Shown one piece after another: positions 12,265 to 24,679 of a stretch of DNA of 64,000 nt. The stretch is taken from contig NC_043020.1 of assembly GCF_006345805.1 (NCBI RefSeq), forward strand, positions 10,540,001 through 10,604,000, read 5' to 3'. Numbering within the stretch: the first letter of the stretch is position 1; the number at the start of each line of letters is the position of its first letter. Below the pieces are notes generated by a model. It saw nothing but the letters and a program-made list of their open reading frames with translations. It ran no database searches and was not told where the DNA came from. The DNA is from Octopus sinensis. Its lineage: Eukaryota. A program made the position numbers and the translations under genes.

Positions 12265-13270
12265 ACAGGCTGCCCCTCGAAGCTCCTCTATGCTGATGAC
12301 CCTGCTCTAATAGCCGAGTTACTACCATAACTAGAGATGAAGCTTAGGGTGCGGAAGCGAGATCTAGGATCGAAAGGCCTTAGGGTTAACCAAGCAAAAA
12401 CCAAAGTCTTAGAAAGTAGGAAGGCTGATAAATCACAAACCCCTTTAGGTAGACGGACCTGCTTGATCTGTAGAAAAGGCGTGAGTAGAAACTCCATAAA
12501 ATGTACTCAGTGTAAGCTATGGGCACATAAAACGTGCAGCAATATCAAAAGAAGGTTAACTGAGAAGATAGTTTTTATGTGTGAAAGATACACAGGCGCA
12601 ATAAACACTGAAGATGTACAGAAAACAGATTCCATCACATGCCAAGGGCAAAACTAGAAATAGTTGATAGCTTCTGCTACCTAGGTGACCAACTCTGTAG
12701 TAGGGGTGGATGCTCTGAGAATGTTGCAGCTAGAGTAAGTATAGCCTGGGTAAAATTCAGGTAGCTCCTACCTCTGCTGGCAACTAAGGACCTCTCGCTC
12801 AGAATGAAAGGTAGACTGTATGATGCATTGAGAAGACCCAGCAACTAAAGTGAGATCACAGCTATGGCCAATGCTAGTGTTGCATGTCTGGCCCATTTAA
12901 AAGTACCCTTGATGTGTCGGGAGATATGATATGCTTAAGACCTGTTGAGTCAAGTAAAACCAAAATCGTAGCTCTGGCCAGTGCCCCCTGGCTGGTACCT
13001 GTTCCGGTGGCATGTAAAAAGCACTATCCAAACGAGGTCGATGCCAGTGCCTCCTGACTGGCTCCTGCGCCAGTGGCACGTAAAAAGCACCCACCACACT
13101 CTCAGAGTGGTTGGTGTTAGGAAGGGCATCCAGCTGTAGAAACATTGCCAGATCAGATTAGAGCCTGTTGCAGCTGCTGGCTTTCCAAACCTCAGTCAAA
13201 CCGTCCAACCCATGATGGTATAGAAAATAGATGTTAAATGATGATGGTGATGATGATGATGATGATGATG
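12265..13270 (+). mobile_element. Older RTE LINE copy (RT fragment, 3' UTR, GAT tail)
   Basis: LLYADD and the PHD-like insert, with stops and frameshifts; ends ~20 bp upstream of myosin exon 13291. Confidence 0.88.
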
Positions 13271-13290
13271 CAATATTCATTGTTTTTCAG

Positions 13291-13375
13291 GCTCGTCTAA
13301 CATGTGTTGAAGAAGGCTTTAATAATTACCACATTTTCTTTGAGATGTTGGCAGGCCTTACTGCTGAAGAGAAAA
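13291..13375 (+). CDS. dachs: Dachs-like myosin exon (ARLTCVEEGFNNYHIFFEMLAGLTAEEK), phase 0-1
   Basis: ttttcag acceptor, gtgagt donor; myosin NYHIF..MLAGL motif. Confidence 0.93.
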
Positions 13376-13519
13376 GTGAGTTTTTGCTTGATTTTTAATA
13401 GATTTTATTTTTTAACTTTTAATTTTGCCTTCACATAGATAGCCTACTACCATTGTGGGACAGTTGGACATGATCCAAAAAGTTCAGTTCTTGAATTTAG
13501 ACACGTAGCAGGGTCTAAA

Positions 13520-14260
13520 GAACTTTTCCAGATGAGCTATCTTTCCATATCACAAAGACTGCACTTTCCACTGCCGCTGGTGTAAGGCTTACACTTGGTT
13601 AAGATCTTCCAATGGATGTTGTAATTGACACCTTTATCTTTTAAGGACCATATATAACTGGATAATTTGGTTGTTTTTCTTTTTTCCCAGTGTCTGAATC
13701 TCAAAGTGTGATTGTTGAACCTGGCTTTAAAATTCCCCTCTGTGAGATCCACATATTTCTTTGCTGAAACTATGTCCTTAGTGGTTGTAGAGTCTATGGT
13801 TGCTTCATAAATGATGGTCTCGGACATGCAAGCTCCATTTAGCAGGCACAAATTTTTATCCCTGCATGAACAGCTGGTTTCACTTTGTTGTTTTTATGTG
13901 TTGTGTGCGATTATATTTTAAAAATTAGTAGTTGAGCTAAAACTGATTTTTACGTTATGTCTATTGAAGAGCTTTCTGTAATTATGATTGACTGGAAGAT
14001 GTCTATCTATAAGTGATAAGAAATATTTATCCATATTAAAGGTCACTTCAGGAGAGTAAGGGTGTGTGAACCAGATAGTTTTCCTATTGCTATGTTTTTT
14101 TTACTTTATTATTGGACTGGTAATAGGTGTATAGGTTATTTTCTCATTAAATCCACTATCTTTTAAAGCATTATTATATACTGGGGCAACACTATGAAAA
14201 ATGTCCCTATCAGAGGAGAGGCTAGAAATTATTTTGCTAATGTTTTTAACTAAATTTTTA
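13520..14260 (-). mobile_element. Penelope-like element fragment with GIY-YIG endonuclease
   Basis: IIYEATI...KYVDLTEGNFKARFNNH...LSSYIWSLK...CSLC. Confidence 0.85.
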
Positions 14261-14323
14261 AATGCTATGGGGGGATGGCCACAGTCAAATGACAGAAACA
14301 AGTAAAAGAATAAAAAAGAATAT

Positions 14324-14367
<44 letters not shown>

Positions 14368-14589
14368 GTGTGTGTGTGTGTGTGTGTGTGTGGAAAGAAG
14401 AAAATGGAACGAATCCAGAGGTAGTATTCATCATTTGCTACCCTGGTAACTATTTATCTATTTTTTTCCGTGTTAATTGTTAAAAAGGAAAAAATACACA
14501 CATCTATTTATATACCTATATATACACATATATACGTATATATCCATATATATGTATATATCCACACACACACACACATATATATATAT

Positions 14590-15352
14590 ATGCCGCTTGG
14601 CTGACCGGTTCGCGGAACACCTTCGTGACATCCACCTTGCGAACGACACACCGGTCTCTCTCCATTTCCGCTCCACCGGTCACTCCTTGCAACACCTATC
14701 TGTGTTCGGTTTGTCCTTACACAGAGGCCATCCGGATTCCCATTTGCGCCGTGAACAGGAATTAATCTTCTCTCTTCGCTCTTATACGCCATTTGGTCTC
14801 AACTCTCCCCCCCTCCTCATCTAACCCCCCTCTCCCCCTCCTCACCTACCTTTCCCCCCCGACCCCTACTTCTTCAGTCTTCATCCTTTCACCCCTACTC
14901 CCCTTCCCTTCTTCCCTCTTTCTCCCTCCCTCCTTCCTCTTCCCCTTCCCTCTGCTCCCTCACTCCCCTTCTCTCTCCTCTCTCCCTCTTGTCTCCTTCC
15001 TCCTCCCCTTCCTTCTCCCCCCTCCTCTATCTCCCCCTCTCCCCCTTCTCTCCTCCCCTCTTCTCCTCTCTCCACACTACACCACACGACTTTACACATC
15101 ACATCATATATGATGTGCCATACTAATACATACACCAACTAATACATACTAATACATACTAATACATACTAATACCTACACCAACCCTATACATACACAC
15201 GTCCAGACCTCTCATACGCACTAATACTCTCTCATACACACACACACCCTTATACATACTAATACGTACTAATACATACCAATACATACTAATACATACA
15301 CCAACCCTATACATACACACATCCAGACCTCTCATACACACTAATACTCTCT

Positions 15353-15401
<49 letters not shown>

Positions 15402-15801
15402 ATACATACTAATACATACTAATACATACACCAACCCCATACATACACACGTCCAGACCTCTCATACGCACTAATACTCTCTCATACGCACACACACCCT
15501 TATGTTGGAGCTGGTCACTCAACCCTATTATCTCCCCTAATTTCGCTCTCGCGTCTCATGTTTGATCTTTGACTTCTGGCCGAAACCAGATCGCCATGTT
15601 GATTCGTTAGTTACTGCACGCATTTTTTTTCTCTCCTTCTTTCTGTGTTTTTTTTTTTCTGTGTATCTTTCTGTTGAAGAGCGTAGGCTTGAAACGTTAA
15701 AGACTTGTTTTATTTATATTTCCTGAGCGCCATACTAATACAATTGTTTGTTTGTTTTCCACCTGCCTTCGTCTTTTGTCTATTTTCATAAAGCTTCCCG
15801 T

Positions 15802-15815
<14 letters not shown>
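14590..15815 (+). mobile_element. Penelope-like 3' end: GIY-YIG C-terminus, simple-repeat UTR, hammerhead-bearing terminus
   Basis: RLADRFAEHLRDI...PVSLHF...GHS...RREQELIFSLRSYTPFGLN, followed by C/T-rich and ATACTAATAC repeats and the 15666 motif. Confidence 0.8.
15666..15703 (+). ncRNA. Minimal type I hammerhead-like motif at the end of a Penelope-like element
   Basis: UCUUU CUGUUGA A GAGC GUAG GCUU GAAA CGU U AAAGA; core position 6 is U instead of A. Confidence 0.55.
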
Positions 15816-15833
<18 letters not shown>

Positions 15834-16164
15834 GTATACATCCATTAAACCTCTGTTAAACAATTCAATAGGGAAAGACATTATTCACACCATATAGAAA
15901 ACATATACTATAAAAAAACCTTGTTCTAAAAATCAATAAAGTACATAAACAACGAATTGCAATTAACTGTGACACTTTATTCAAGTACTAAATGAATTTG
16001 TACAGCAAATGCTGGTTGCATCACAATGATACTGTCTGCAGAAAATATGCATATTTGCTTCTCAAATCAGTTGAAACTTGGTGCTTGGCAGACAGGAACA
16101 GAAATACAAGACATCCTTTCATACAGTCTCTCATATTCTCTCTGCTTTATCCATCCATCTATCC

Positions 16165-16385
16165 ACTCGGTTGAAGTCGACTCTCGGTCACTCGTTGGAT
16201 CAGTGTCCTCCAGTCAGTTCTATCCTGGGCCGCTTCTTTCAGACTGGCCATGTCCATTCCGGTATCACTCCTGATGGTGTCAAGCCAGCGGGTTCTTGGT
16301 CGGCCTCTTCCTCTCTTGCCACTGACCATTCCGAGCATGATGTCTTCTCCAGGGATTTTTTCCACATAGTATGACCAAAATATGC
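16165..16385 (-). mobile_element. RTE-BovB-like LINE 3' fragment
   Basis: DIMLGMVSGKRGRGRPRTRWLDTIRSDTG...AQDRTDWRTLIQRVTESR. Confidence 0.85.
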
Positions 16386-17104
16386 CAGTACATGATAAAC
16401 AGGAACACACGTAGCATGTCAAAGCTACCTGCAAACCCTCTCTTCATGTCTTCTCACTTTACTGGTGAAATCAGGAAAGATCCTCCTATTTAAAGATGAT
16501 TAAAGGCTCCTGAGAGCAAACATTATTTTTCCATGCTTTGTTGGTCTGTCAAGTGATTCAGTTGGACAACTAACATATCTAGTCTCAACAACGGACTTGG
16601 TTTATGTGCTGCACCATCACATGACCAGTTGTAGAACACCTGCTTATGAGCCACTTTCTGGCTATTTCAGCTTAGATGGCCAATGTATGAACATATACTT
16701 GCTACATATGAGAAGTGTTTAGGCCACACCTGCTGGTGAAGAGAATTGGCCTGCAAGAGTCCTGTGCTGGTGTCATGTCAATATGCTTGTGTTGTGCCAC
16801 ATTGAAAGCACTCATCATACTCTGTAAAGTTAATTCCATGTGAGATATGGTCAAAATATCGCCGCAGTAAATACAGTGACAAAATAAATTAAAATTTATA
16901 TAAATAAGGATAAGATTGTTAATTTAAAAACAAAATAACGATTTTATCATGGAAAAAATAACCTTCAAAGGTAATAATTATTAAAATTATAAATTAGGGT
17001 ATCCACGAGATATCTGTGTTGATATATGGGCAATTAAGGTGGTTTTTAGAGTCAGATCATGGCTGCTATTTTCAGCATGGTGGTATCTCGTGGATATCCT
17101 AAAT

Positions 17105-17138
<34 letters not shown>

Positions 17139-17348
17139 ATTCTTTTATTCTTTTACTTGTTTCAGTCATTTCACTGTGGTCATGCTGGAGCACGCATTTA
17201 GTTGAACAAATCGACCCCAGAACTTATTCTTTGTAAGACTAGTACTTATTCTATCATTCCTTTTGCTGAACTGCTAAGTTACAGGGATGTAAAACACCAG
17301 CATCAGTTATCAAGCGATGGTGGGTGGGTGGACAAACACAGACACACA

Positions 17349-17387
<39 letters not shown>

Positions 17388-17489
17388 CAGGCTTCTTTCA
17401 GTTTCTGTCTACCAAATCAACTCACAAGGCTTTGGTTGGCCCAAGGCTATAATAGAAGACATTTAGCACAGCCACTCCTGCACCTATAT

Positions 17490-17730
17490 ATAATTGTAAA
17501 GAACTTTATGTGGGTCAGACAGGAAATGCACTGTCAGAACGTTCATGTGTGCACTGAGAGCAAATTAGAGACCCAGATGTCCATCAATTACCTTTGAGTG
17601 GCCATTTAGCAACATGTGGTCAGAAAAAATTTATATGCTTCCATTCCACAAACTACAGGGTCCAAGTGAAATTTAGAGAAGAACCAGAGAAAAGAACTCT
17701 ATTGATAAATCTCAACACAAGCTAATTAAA
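17490..17730 (+). mobile_element. Penelope-like GIY-YIG fragment (third distinct lineage)
   Basis: CKELYVGQTGNALSERSCVH*EQIRDPDVHQLPLSGHLATCG. Confidence 0.78.
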
Positions 17731-17965
17731 CAATAATAATAATTATACTTAGAGGTACTATTTCTACTGCTATGACCACTACCACTAATATCAACAAAAA
17801 CAGGCGTAGGAGTGGCTGTGTGGTAAGGAGATTGCTTAGAGAAGCAGAGGGTTCCGGGTTCAGTCCCACTGCATGGCACCTTGGGTAAGTGTCTTCTACT
17901 ATAGCCTCGGGCCAACCAAAGCCTTGTGAGTGGATTTGGTAGACGGAAACTGAAAGAAGCCCGTC

Positions 17966-18026
<61 letters not shown>

Positions 18027-18808
18027 TGTATGTATGTATGTATGTATGTATGTATGTATGTATGTATGTATGTATGTATGTATGTATGTATGTATGTATG
18101 TATGTATGTATGTATGTATGTATGTATGTATGTATGTATGTATGTATGTATGTATGTATGTATGTATGTATGTATGTGCATGTTTTTATGTCTGTGTCTG
18201 TTCCCCCCAACATCGCTTGACAACCGATGCTGGTGTGTTTACGTCCCTGTAACTTAATGGTTCAGCAAAAAAGAGACCGATAAAATAAGTCCTGGGGTCG
18301 ATTTGATCGACTAAATGTGGTGCTCCAGCATGGCCACAGTCACATGACTGAAACGAGTAAAAGAGAGAATACTAAAGGTATGATGATAGCAGGAAAATAC
18401 TAGCTAAGTCAAGAGAAAAGTCGGTAAAAATTTCATGTAGGGTTTAAAATTCTATTACCACAGCTACTCCTACCACCACCACCAACAACAACAACAACAA
18501 CAACAAAGATGACAACTAATGATAATTTGAAATGTAAAAATAGCCAAAGAATTACTGCTTTGGCCAAGGTCATAATACAGGTCTCTTGACATAGCACCAA
18601 TCAGCTTAAGTAATTTTGTGAAGCCACACACTGATTGGTCAGAATACAGTTTGCAAAACTTAACATCCTGGAGGATATACAAATGTATTTAAGGCACATA
18701 TTTTAGTCATCTCACTACAATTTTAAACTGTAAAACATAACTGTATTCAGGTTCATAACTACATGAACCTGAATATTGCATAGTTTAATGCATGAATGTA
18801 CTAGTTCA

Positions 18809-19212
18809 GGATCTTTTCGGTTTGAACCGCAGTTTTTTCTAGCGGTGTCATATGAAATTGTCACCCATAATTATGACCCTAGTATCGATCTATTGCATTT
18901 CAATCTGTTTTAGGGGTGGGAGTAAAGGTATCTTTTTTTCTTCACAAATGTAAATAAACCCAATCTGTTTCTTAAACGAGGGACATATTCATACGGCACA
19001 GAATGTTTTTTACCTCAATAGACGTCATTGATTGGTTGAAATTGCAGAAATTGCAGAAAAAACAACAAATATCTTACAAACTGCAGAATTTTCTCAATAA
19101 AGCCAAAAGAAAAAGATGTTTTATAAACACATTCTACCAGTATATGAAGTTTAAAAGTGTTTAGTTACGTGGAAATTATTTTTAAAAACTGCCGTTCAAA
19201 CCGAAAAGGTCC
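18809..19212. mobile_element. Merlin-like MITE with 8-bp TSD CTAGTTCA
   Basis: TIRs GGATCTTTTCGGTTTGAAC / GTTCAAACCGAAAAGGTCC; 8-bp duplication on both sides. Superfamily inferred from GG termini + 8-bp TSD. Confidence 0.82.
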
Positions 19213-19331
19213 CTAGTTCAATCAGAATGGACATTCAATATTCTACCATTTCATTATATTATTTTATATTATATTATTATAGATTGTAATTAAAACGTGA
19301 AATTCAGACAAAGTTGGAATTCCTTTGATTA

Positions 19332-19386
<55 letters not shown>

Positions 19387-19926
19387 ACACTCACACACGC
19401 ACACATACATATGCTCTTTTACTCTCTTTTACTTGTTTCAGTCATTTGACTGCGGCCATGCTGGAGCACCGCCTTTAGTTGAGCAAATCGACCCCAAGGC
19501 TTATTCTTTGTAAGCCTAGTACTTATTCTATCGGTCTCACTTTTGCCGAACTGCTAAGTTACAGGGACGTAAACACACCAGCATCGGTTGTCAAGCGATG
19601 TTGGGGGGACAAACACATACACACACATATATAGGTCAAGCATCCCTGAAAGTTTCATCCGAATCCATCCAGCTGTTCTTGAGATATCTTGTCCATGGAC
19701 AAACAAACAAATAAACACAACTGAAAACAATACCTCTGCCGTTGCTAAGGCAGAGATAATAAAATAAAATATGTGAGTGGGCAAATGTCTAAAGTTGTTA
19801 AGAATAAAGAAAAGAGAGGGGTTGGGAAGAGTTGGAATTTAGGTTAGAATGAAGCTGATTGCTATGAATACTAAGATGGAGTCATTTACTATGTCAACAG
19901 TAAGTAAATGTATTGTCACACCCAAG

Positions 19927-21410
19927 TATACAAGGTGCTATCAAAAAGTTCCCAACCTATGTTTTATAAAAAATAACCTATTTATCTAAATTTTAACATC
20001 CATTTCCTTTGAAATAAATTCATTTACTGCCCTTAGAGGGGACAAACAAGGACAGACAAACGGATTAAGTCAATTACATCAACCCCAGTGCGTAACTGGT
20101 ACTTAATTTATCTACCCCGAAAGGATGAAAGGCAAAGTCGACCTCGGCGGAATTTGAACTCAGAACGTAACGGCAGACGAAATACCTATTTCTTTATTAC
20201 CCACAAGGGGCTAAACATAGAGGGGACAAACAAGGACAGACAAACGGATTAAGTCAATTACATCAACCCCAGTGCATAACTGGTACTTAATTTATCGACC
20301 TCAAAAGGATGAAAGGCAAAGTCGACCTTGGCAGAATTTGAACCCAGAACGTAGCAGACGAAATACGGCTACGCATTTTGCCTGGCATGCTAACGTTTCT
20401 GCCAGCTCACCTCCTTTGAAATAGTCACCTTGGCCCTAGTGTTTCTGCCACTTTTTGAATCTGGCCTGGAAGTTGTTTTCCATAGGTAAGTCGAGGACCT
20501 TCAGTGATTCACTTTTGATCTCAACAAAGTTGTTAAAATGATGATCTTTGAGTTGCATTTTCAGGATCTTTTCAGTTTGAACGGCAGTTTTTTCATGCGG
20601 TGTCATATGAAATTGTCACCCATAATCATGACCCTAGTATTGATCTATTGCATTTCAATCTATTTTAGGGTTAGGATTAGGGGTGGGGGAAGGGTATTTT
20701 TTTTCCTCACAAATGTAAATCTGTTTCTTAAGCGAGGGACATATTCATACAGCACAGAATGTTTTCACCTCAATAGACGTCATTGATTGGTTGAAATTGC
20801 CGAAATGCAAGAAATTAAAGACCAAATATCTTACAAACTATAGAATTTTCTCAATAAAGCCAAGAGAAAAAGATGTTTTATAAACACATTCTACCAGTAT
20901 ACGAAGTTTAAAATTTTTTAGTTACCTGGAAATTATGTTAAAAACTGCCGTTCAAACCGAAAAGATCCCATTTTCATCTTCAGAAAGAGATGGAAGTCTA
21001 CAGATGCTAAATCTGGTGAATAGGTTGGGTGCGAAAGTGATGCTGTGTTGTTTTTGGCGAAAAACTAATGAGTGAGAACTTGGTAACCGGGTGCACTGTT
21101 GTCATAAAGAATCCAACCATGCCCCACAGACCTGGTTGCTTTCACCAAATGTCCTTCCCCCAACACTTCAAAGCATCACAGCAGAAGACTTCATTGAAAG
21201 TCTGGTCCTGGAGGATGAATTCTCAATGCACCAATACCAGAGATGTTGAAAAAAATAATGAACATTATGATGACTGCTGCTTTGTCTTTGAAGCATGTCC
21301 AATGCCTCTATGGCAGACTTTCCGAGTTTAATGCAAAATTTCCCATTGGCTCTTCATTTCAGCTTCCCAACTATGCTGTTATAGTGGTTTATAAAGTCTG
21401 AGTATAGTGA
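19927..21410 (-). mobile_element. Mariner remnant interrupted by a SINE pair and a MITE
   Basis: TA+CAAGGTGCTATCAAAAAGTTCC terminus and mariner-like internal pieces; boundaries approximate. Confidence 0.55.
20564..20968. mobile_element. Second Merlin-like MITE with 8-bp TSD CATTTTCA, nested in a mariner remnant
   Basis: Same TIRs and internal sequence as 18809-19212. Confidence 0.85.
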
Positions 21411-21639
21411 TTTAGAAATATCTCGACTTCTAAAAGTTGCCAGATTTTTTTGTCTACAAAGTTTGTGCAGAGCCAGACTGAAGATGGGAACATATCACCA
21501 GTATCACATATCACAATATGAATATGAATAAAAATCCAAGCTACATATGTTTCATAGCCAGCAGAACCCCTGAAGTAATAATTAATGAGGGGTACTCCAC
21601 TAGCTTTTCATTAGGCTTAAGATACCTTAGTTAAATGGA

Positions 21640-23080
21640 GCTTATATTGTCATAAGAGATCCCAAATTGACGTGCTGGAAATGTAATTTAAAAAGCATAA
21701 AAAGCGCTTTCTAAATGCTCTGAAATCATCATAACACCTGAATTTACCCAGCAGGTTCAACAGACCATTGATTATAATCCCAGAAAGTCTATGAGGAGAA
21801 CTGCAAAAGATCTCCATGTGTCAGAAGGAACCGTTAGAAATGTTGTCCACAAAGACATCTTTATATATAAAAGTGAAGTTGTGTGTCTGTCTCCTACGAT
21901 TTAGATTCCTAACTACTCCCACATTTTGCGGTGCAGTTTAATCAAAACCGGGTATCTTATAGTCGTGGTTCATATCGAGCCCTTCTGGGTATTAGCATGT
22001 GTCTACGATGAGTCTACGATTTAAAAAAAAATTTATCATCATTTTATTCCATTTTAATGCATTTTTTCACTATTATATAAGGGAAGTAACTCTCTAAAAA
22101 TGTCTACGATGAGTCAACGATTTAAAAAAAAAATTACCATCATTTTTTTTCCATTTTTAATGCATTTTTTTGCTATTTTTTGGCTATAACTCTCTAAAAA
22201 TACTTATATAGTTATTTCCCTTACAAACCCGAGCAACGCCAGGCGATACTGCTAGTCAGATATAAATCTTGATAGATGAGGGAAAGTCAATTTGTCCTAA
22301 AAAGCAAAAGAAAATCACCACATCAGATCTTAAAAGCTCTTAAACAAACTGAAAAATCCAGCAGAAGAAGATTTAATTTGGTTTTTCTCAAATGAGAAAA
22401 ACTTCAACCAAGATCAAAAAGTTAACAGAAGAAATAACAGATGATTATGCGCAGACACTTCTGAAGTTCGAAATTTTTTATGCATGCAAAATTTCCCGCT
22501 ACTGTCATGGTTTTAGGGACATGTGATGTCTCCTTACATCTTTCCACAAGGCCTTAGAGTTAACTCTGCTGCCTACATTGAGATCCTACAATTGTTAAGC
22601 CCTGGATAGACAATAGACAATATATGCAATGGAAGGCCATATGTGTTTCAGTAAAACTCTGCACTATCACACATGGCTCTGTAACTCAGGAACGGATGGC
22701 TGAAAATTTTCATGATCACATAACCCCTAACATTTGGCCTCCTAATTCCCCAGATCTCAATCCAATGGACTATTATATGCAGAGCATTATTGAGAGAGAG
22801 GTCGATGAACACGCCCATAACACCAAAGATTCTATGAAAGCTGCCATAGTCAGAGTAATGTCCAAAATGAACCAGGACCACTTGATTTGAGTATGTAGAT
22901 GATTTAGATCTCATATAGAAGCAGTTGTTGAAGCTGAAGGTGGCTTTATTGAATAACATTATAGAAAAGAAAGTTTATTTTTATCCTCATAGCATTTTTT
23001 GATAAATAAAGTTATTATCTGTTATTGTATGTTTTTTTTCATAAACATAAATCTATCCTCAAATATCTTACACTCCCTGT
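21640..23080 (+). mobile_element. maT-like Tc1/mariner remnant interrupted by a Helitron
   Basis: HITPNIWPPNSPDLNPMDYY motif; ends ...ctccctgta. Confidence 0.8.
21858..22255 (+). mobile_element. Non-autonomous Helitron
   Basis: 5' TC, 3' hairpin CCCGAGCAACGCCAGG then CTAG; inserted between A and T with no TSD, and removal restores the mariner sequence. Confidence 0.88.
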
Positions 23081-23180
23081 ATTATATCGTCATGCTGAAC
23101 AGTTAATCCCTACCCATTTTTTCTCTCTTTGTTTTTTTTCATTCTTCCTCTATTTTTTTTTTTTTTTTTGCCTCTCAGTC

Positions 23181-23216
23181 CTTTCTGACAAAGAGCATTG
23201 GCTCGAAACATGAAAG
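23181..23216 (+). ncRNA. Minimal type I hammerhead-like motif (degenerate)
   Basis: CUUU CUGACAA A GAGC AUUG GCUC GAAA CAU G AAAG; G8 changed to A and position 17 is G. Confidence 0.45.
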
Positions 23217-23761
23217 ACTTTTCCATTCTTCCTGAGCATCAAACAAATACACTTGTTTGTTGTTCCCTCGTCTGTCTTCGTCTTTTGTTTTTTGTGAATT
23301 TGAACTCTATGTGTGTGTGTGTGTGTGCGTGCATGCATGCTTGCCTTCATGTTTGTCCTCCATACTGCTTGACAACCAATGCTGGTTCATTTATGTCCCT
23401 GCAAATTAGTAGTTTTCCAAATTAAAATGATAGAATAAACACTGGATTTAAAAAGAATCAGTGCTAGTGTCGATTTGTTCAACTAAACTCTTCAAGTGCT
23501 CCAGCATAACCGCAATCCAATGGCTGAAACAAGAGAAAGAATTTTTTAAAAATCAATTTTTAACTCTCTTTTACTCTTTACTCTTTTACTTGTTTCAGTC
23601 ATTTGACTGCGGCCATGCTGGAGCACCGCCTTTAGTCGAGCAAATCGACCCCAGGACTTATTCTTTGTAAGTCTCTTTTGCCGAACTGCTAAGTGACGGG
23701 GACGTAAACACACCAGCATCGGTTGTCAAGCAATGCTAGGGGGACAAACACAGACACACAA

Positions 23762-23801
<40 letters not shown>

Positions 23802-24508
23802 ATATATACATATACATACGACAGGCTTCTTTCAGTTTCCGTCTACCAAATCCACTCACAAGGCATTGGTCAGCCCGGGGCTATAGCAGAAGACACTTGC
23901 CCAAGATGCCACGCAGTGGGACTGAACCCGGAAACCATGTGGCTGGTTAGCAAGCTACTTACCACACAGCCACCCCTGCGCCTATCCATATTCTGTATGC
24001 ATATTTACTTTTATATTGAATCCTAAATTATTCACATGAATATTTTAAGCAAATTTTCATGACATGTTCTTGAATTACCGAATTTCAACACCTATTCTTG
24101 CTTTCTGTTTGCATATCAACTGCTCCATTCTGCTCTTTCATTCCATTATACGTTCGACAACATGATGGAATGGAAGTTATAGAAAAATGTGTTTATGTGA
24201 AAAAAAAAAAAAATTACAACAAAAATCATTATTTGATCTGAAATTGGAACTTTTAACCTAAATACTGTTACAGGCAATGGTTACATTAATAATTATATAC
24301 AACAGTTATACTAGCAAAGCTTTTAAACAGATCAAATTACCCCAGGAACATAAACTAAGTTAAAACTTAAAAATGTACATTGATATTTCTTTACTGGTTG
24401 TTGTGTTCTTGCTCTTTTAAAGATCATATGTCTGGGAATGAAAGTGATGATAACCACATCCAATCAAAGGCTTCTGAGTGGGTTTGGTTGACAGAACTGA
24501 AAGAAGCT

Positions 24509-24574
<66 letters not shown>

Positions 24575-24643
24575 ATGATAGATTGTTAGCCACTACACAC
24601 ATTTTTGCTATCCTTTTTTCTCTCCTTGTTTTTTTCTGTGTCC

Positions 24644-24679
24644 CTTTCTGTAGAAGAGCATAGGCTCGAAACGTAAAAG
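24644..24679 (+). ncRNA. Minimal type I hammerhead-like motif in a TA-flanked short element
   Basis: CUUU CUGUAGA A GAGC AUAG GCUC GAAA CGU A AAAG; same family as 15666. Confidence 0.55.

Noticed and set aside
19630-19760. Helentron/DINE-like fragments (also ~53570-53660, 54590-54785)
   Set aside because: Clearly repetitive, with a terminal hairpin, but too incomplete to assign with confidence.
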